DNA from: a virus
Length of the DNA: 64,000 nt
Strand: one strand, 5' to 3'
Virus record (IMG/VR): IMGVR_UViG_3300031707_000003
Span: 47,678-111,677 of that record
Under the pieces are notes generated by a model. It was not told the origin of the DNA. It ran no database searches and was given only the letters and a program-made list of their open reading frames with translations. Shown here piece after piece: positions 62,588-64,000 of the stretch. Each line of letters opens with the position of its first letter. Within the stretch, counting starts at the first letter, position 1. A program made the translations under genes and the position numbers.

Positions 62588-63937
62588 ATGGTTGACCTCC
62601 TCGCCCTCCGAGTGGCAAACCGATTTCTCAGGGAATCGGCAGCCATAGGAGATCCGAAGGACTTCCTTCGAGAGTTCGAGGCCGCTGTCTTGAAGCTCAC
62701 GCAACCGCCCTCCAAGGTGGAAGCGGCCAAGGAGCTGTTCCAGAAGCGCTTGGACGTGGAGCTGGCGGCCTCTCGTGAGGAGTGGACAGCCTATATCCAG
62801 AGTCAGACACCAGCGGAGAAGCAGGCGTTCAAAGACGCCTCGGATGTCGCCTACAACTGCCTCTTCGCCGTGACGCAGGGATCGGCTCGGATCGTTGAGC
62901 CTGGGCACAAGCTGTTTTTGGCGATCCTTCAGACGTACGCATTGCCGCCGGCCCTTCGGAAGAAGGTTGAAATTGCCTCCCGCACCTACCTCAAGAAGAC
63001 GCAATCGCGTCCCAAGGTGAAGGGTCGTTCGAGCGGGCTGGAGTACATCGCCTTTTACGAGAAGTTCCTCTTGCTGATCAACGCCCACCTCACGGTCGCC
63101 AAAGAGGCGGTCGTGAAGGGGAAGGCCCATGCAGAAGAGGGCGCGGGGGCGACCAAGATCAAGGCGGGTCCCTTCACGCTCGTCAACACGGGAGGCTTCT
63201 CTGAGAAGCAGATGGGTGATGTCGCTGATGTGATGCACAAGGTGGCATCCCTGGCGCAAAGCTCAGGTCTTGGGGCGGTCTGCTACGGGGAAGTCCAGGT
63301 CACCAACACCATCTCCAGGGCGAACGTCCTTGCGTTCTACTTGATCGCTAACGACGAGATGTTCGTCCGGGCCAACGTGAAAGCCACGACGGATACAGTG
63401 CAGACCGTCCTTCACGAGCTGGGGCACCGGTACGAGAAGAAGTTCCTGACCAATTCCCACGGCACACCGGCAACGCTCTACCGGACCCTCGAAGGCCAAG
63501 AGCATGAACGCACTTGGGGCCCTAAAAAGAAGGTGAAAATGGCCGAGCCCGGTGACACGCTGGAGGCCAAGGGAAAGACCTACGTGGTCACCAGGACCGT
63601 ACCGGGGCCCGGCCTCAAGGGCTACAAGGTCCTCCTTACTATCAAGGACAAACCTGGATCGTCAGCCACCGTACCTCTCGACACGTTCTGGGAGATGAAG
63701 GGCGAGAAAGCACGCGATATCGACGCGGACCCGGAGTACATCGGGTTCGTTTCGGATTACGCCAAGCGGGGCGGCCCCACCGAGAACTTTGCGGAAATGT
63801 TCTCCTATTACTGCATGGGGCGGCTGCCCACCCTTCAATCCGTACCGTTCGAGGCGTTGGTTTTCGGGACGGGGAAGACGTCGCACATGCGGACGGTGCA
63901 TCGAGTAGCCGCCCGCTTTCTATTTGTACGTCTCTGA
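62588..63937 (+). CDS. Zincin metallopeptidase (HELGH...ENFAE) with RVxxRF motifs at both termini
   Basis: MVDLLALRVANRFLRESAA; 'VLHELGHRYEKK'; 'VSDYAKRGGPTENFAEMF'; C-terminal 'HRVAARFL'. Confidence 0.75.
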   Translation: MVDLLALRVANRFLRESAAIGDPKDFLREFEAAVLKLTQPPSKVEAAKELFQKRLDVELAASREEWTAYIQSQTPAEKQAFKDASDVAYNCLFAVTQGSARIVEPGHKLFLAILQTYALPPALRKKVEIASRTYLKKTQSRPKVKGRSSGLEYIAFYEKFLLLINAHLTVAKEAVVKGKAHAEEGAGATKIKAGPFTLVNTGGFSEKQMGDVADVMHKVASLAQSSGLGAVCYGEVQVTNTISRANVLAFYLIANDEMFVRANVKATTDTVQTVLHELGHRYEKKFLTNSHGTPATLYRTLEGQEHERTWGPKKKVKMAEPGDTLEAKGKTYVVTRTVPGPGLKGYKVLLTIKDKPGSSATVPLDTFWEMKGEKARDIDADPEYIGFVSDYAKRGGPTENFAEMFSYYCMGRLPTLQSVPFEALVFGTGKTSHMRTVHRVAARFLFVRL

Positions 63938-63941
63938 AGGC

Positions 63942-64000
63942 ATGGACGTCCTTTCGCTCCGTGTTGTCGCACGACACCAGGAGAAGACCGCACGCGATCT
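63942..64000 (+). CDS. 3'-partial protein with an RVxxR leader
   Basis: ATG at 63942 reads MDVLSLRVVARHQEKTARD and runs off the window (not in the ORF track). Confidence 0.6.
   Translation, partial: MDVLSLRVVARHQEKTARD

Noticed and set aside
61175-63259. 694-aa minus-strand ORF
   Set aside because: Antisense to clpX and the metalloprotease, which have clear motifs; typical shadow ORF.
1-64000. Alternative genetic code / stop-codon reassignment
   Set aside because: Conserved genes are intact in the standard code, and TAA, TAG and TGA all serve as stops.
1-64000. CRISPR array, tRNA/rRNA genes, diversity-generating retroelement
   Set aside because: No spaced direct repeats, cloverleafs, reverse transcriptase or TR/VR pair were seen; intergenic gaps are mostly under 100 nt.

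Overview
A 64 kb segment of a large, GC-rich (roughly 60-63% by eye), contractile-tailed dsDNA bacteriophage, probably jumbo-sized and probably infecting a diderm host. All credible genes are on the + strand, use the standard genetic code and are often translationally coupled (TGATG/ATGA overlaps). Positions 1-33 kb hold a baseplate/tail-fibre module: gp25-like, baseplate J, gpI-like, gpH-N-like proteins, large Ig/LamG-repeat proteins, a beta-helix tailspike and two paralogous large baseplate/fibre proteins. Positions 33-38.8 kb hold a putative lysis/membrane cluster, a GIY-YIG homing endonuclease, an AdoMetDC/SpeD-like proenzyme and a J-domain protein. Positions 38.8-49 kb hold replication genes: an intein-containing SNF2 helicase, a degenerate DnaC-like protein, DnaB, a stand-alone primase zinc finger and a family-A DNA polymerase. 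Positions 49-64 kb are accessory: a DUF2997-DUF1257-Ycf46 AAA trio, 5'-deoxynucleotidase, ThyA, HU, an EpmC-like protein, DHFR, a C-N hydrolase, ClpX and two HELGH zinc metalloproteases. The most notable pattern is two short N-terminal leader motifs (RVxxR[F/H]...A and YSYD[R/C]R..A) shared by seven otherwise largely unrelated proteins, suggesting a capsid-cargo targeting/processing system. There are also two distinct upstream DNA motifs (CCGGTGTA versus a pyrimidine-tract-TAT/TGTAA motif) that split genes into probable early/middle and late classes, and a recurrent C-terminal P-L-x-x-W-x-R-L motif. Family assignments come from motif recognition by eye; no database searches were run.
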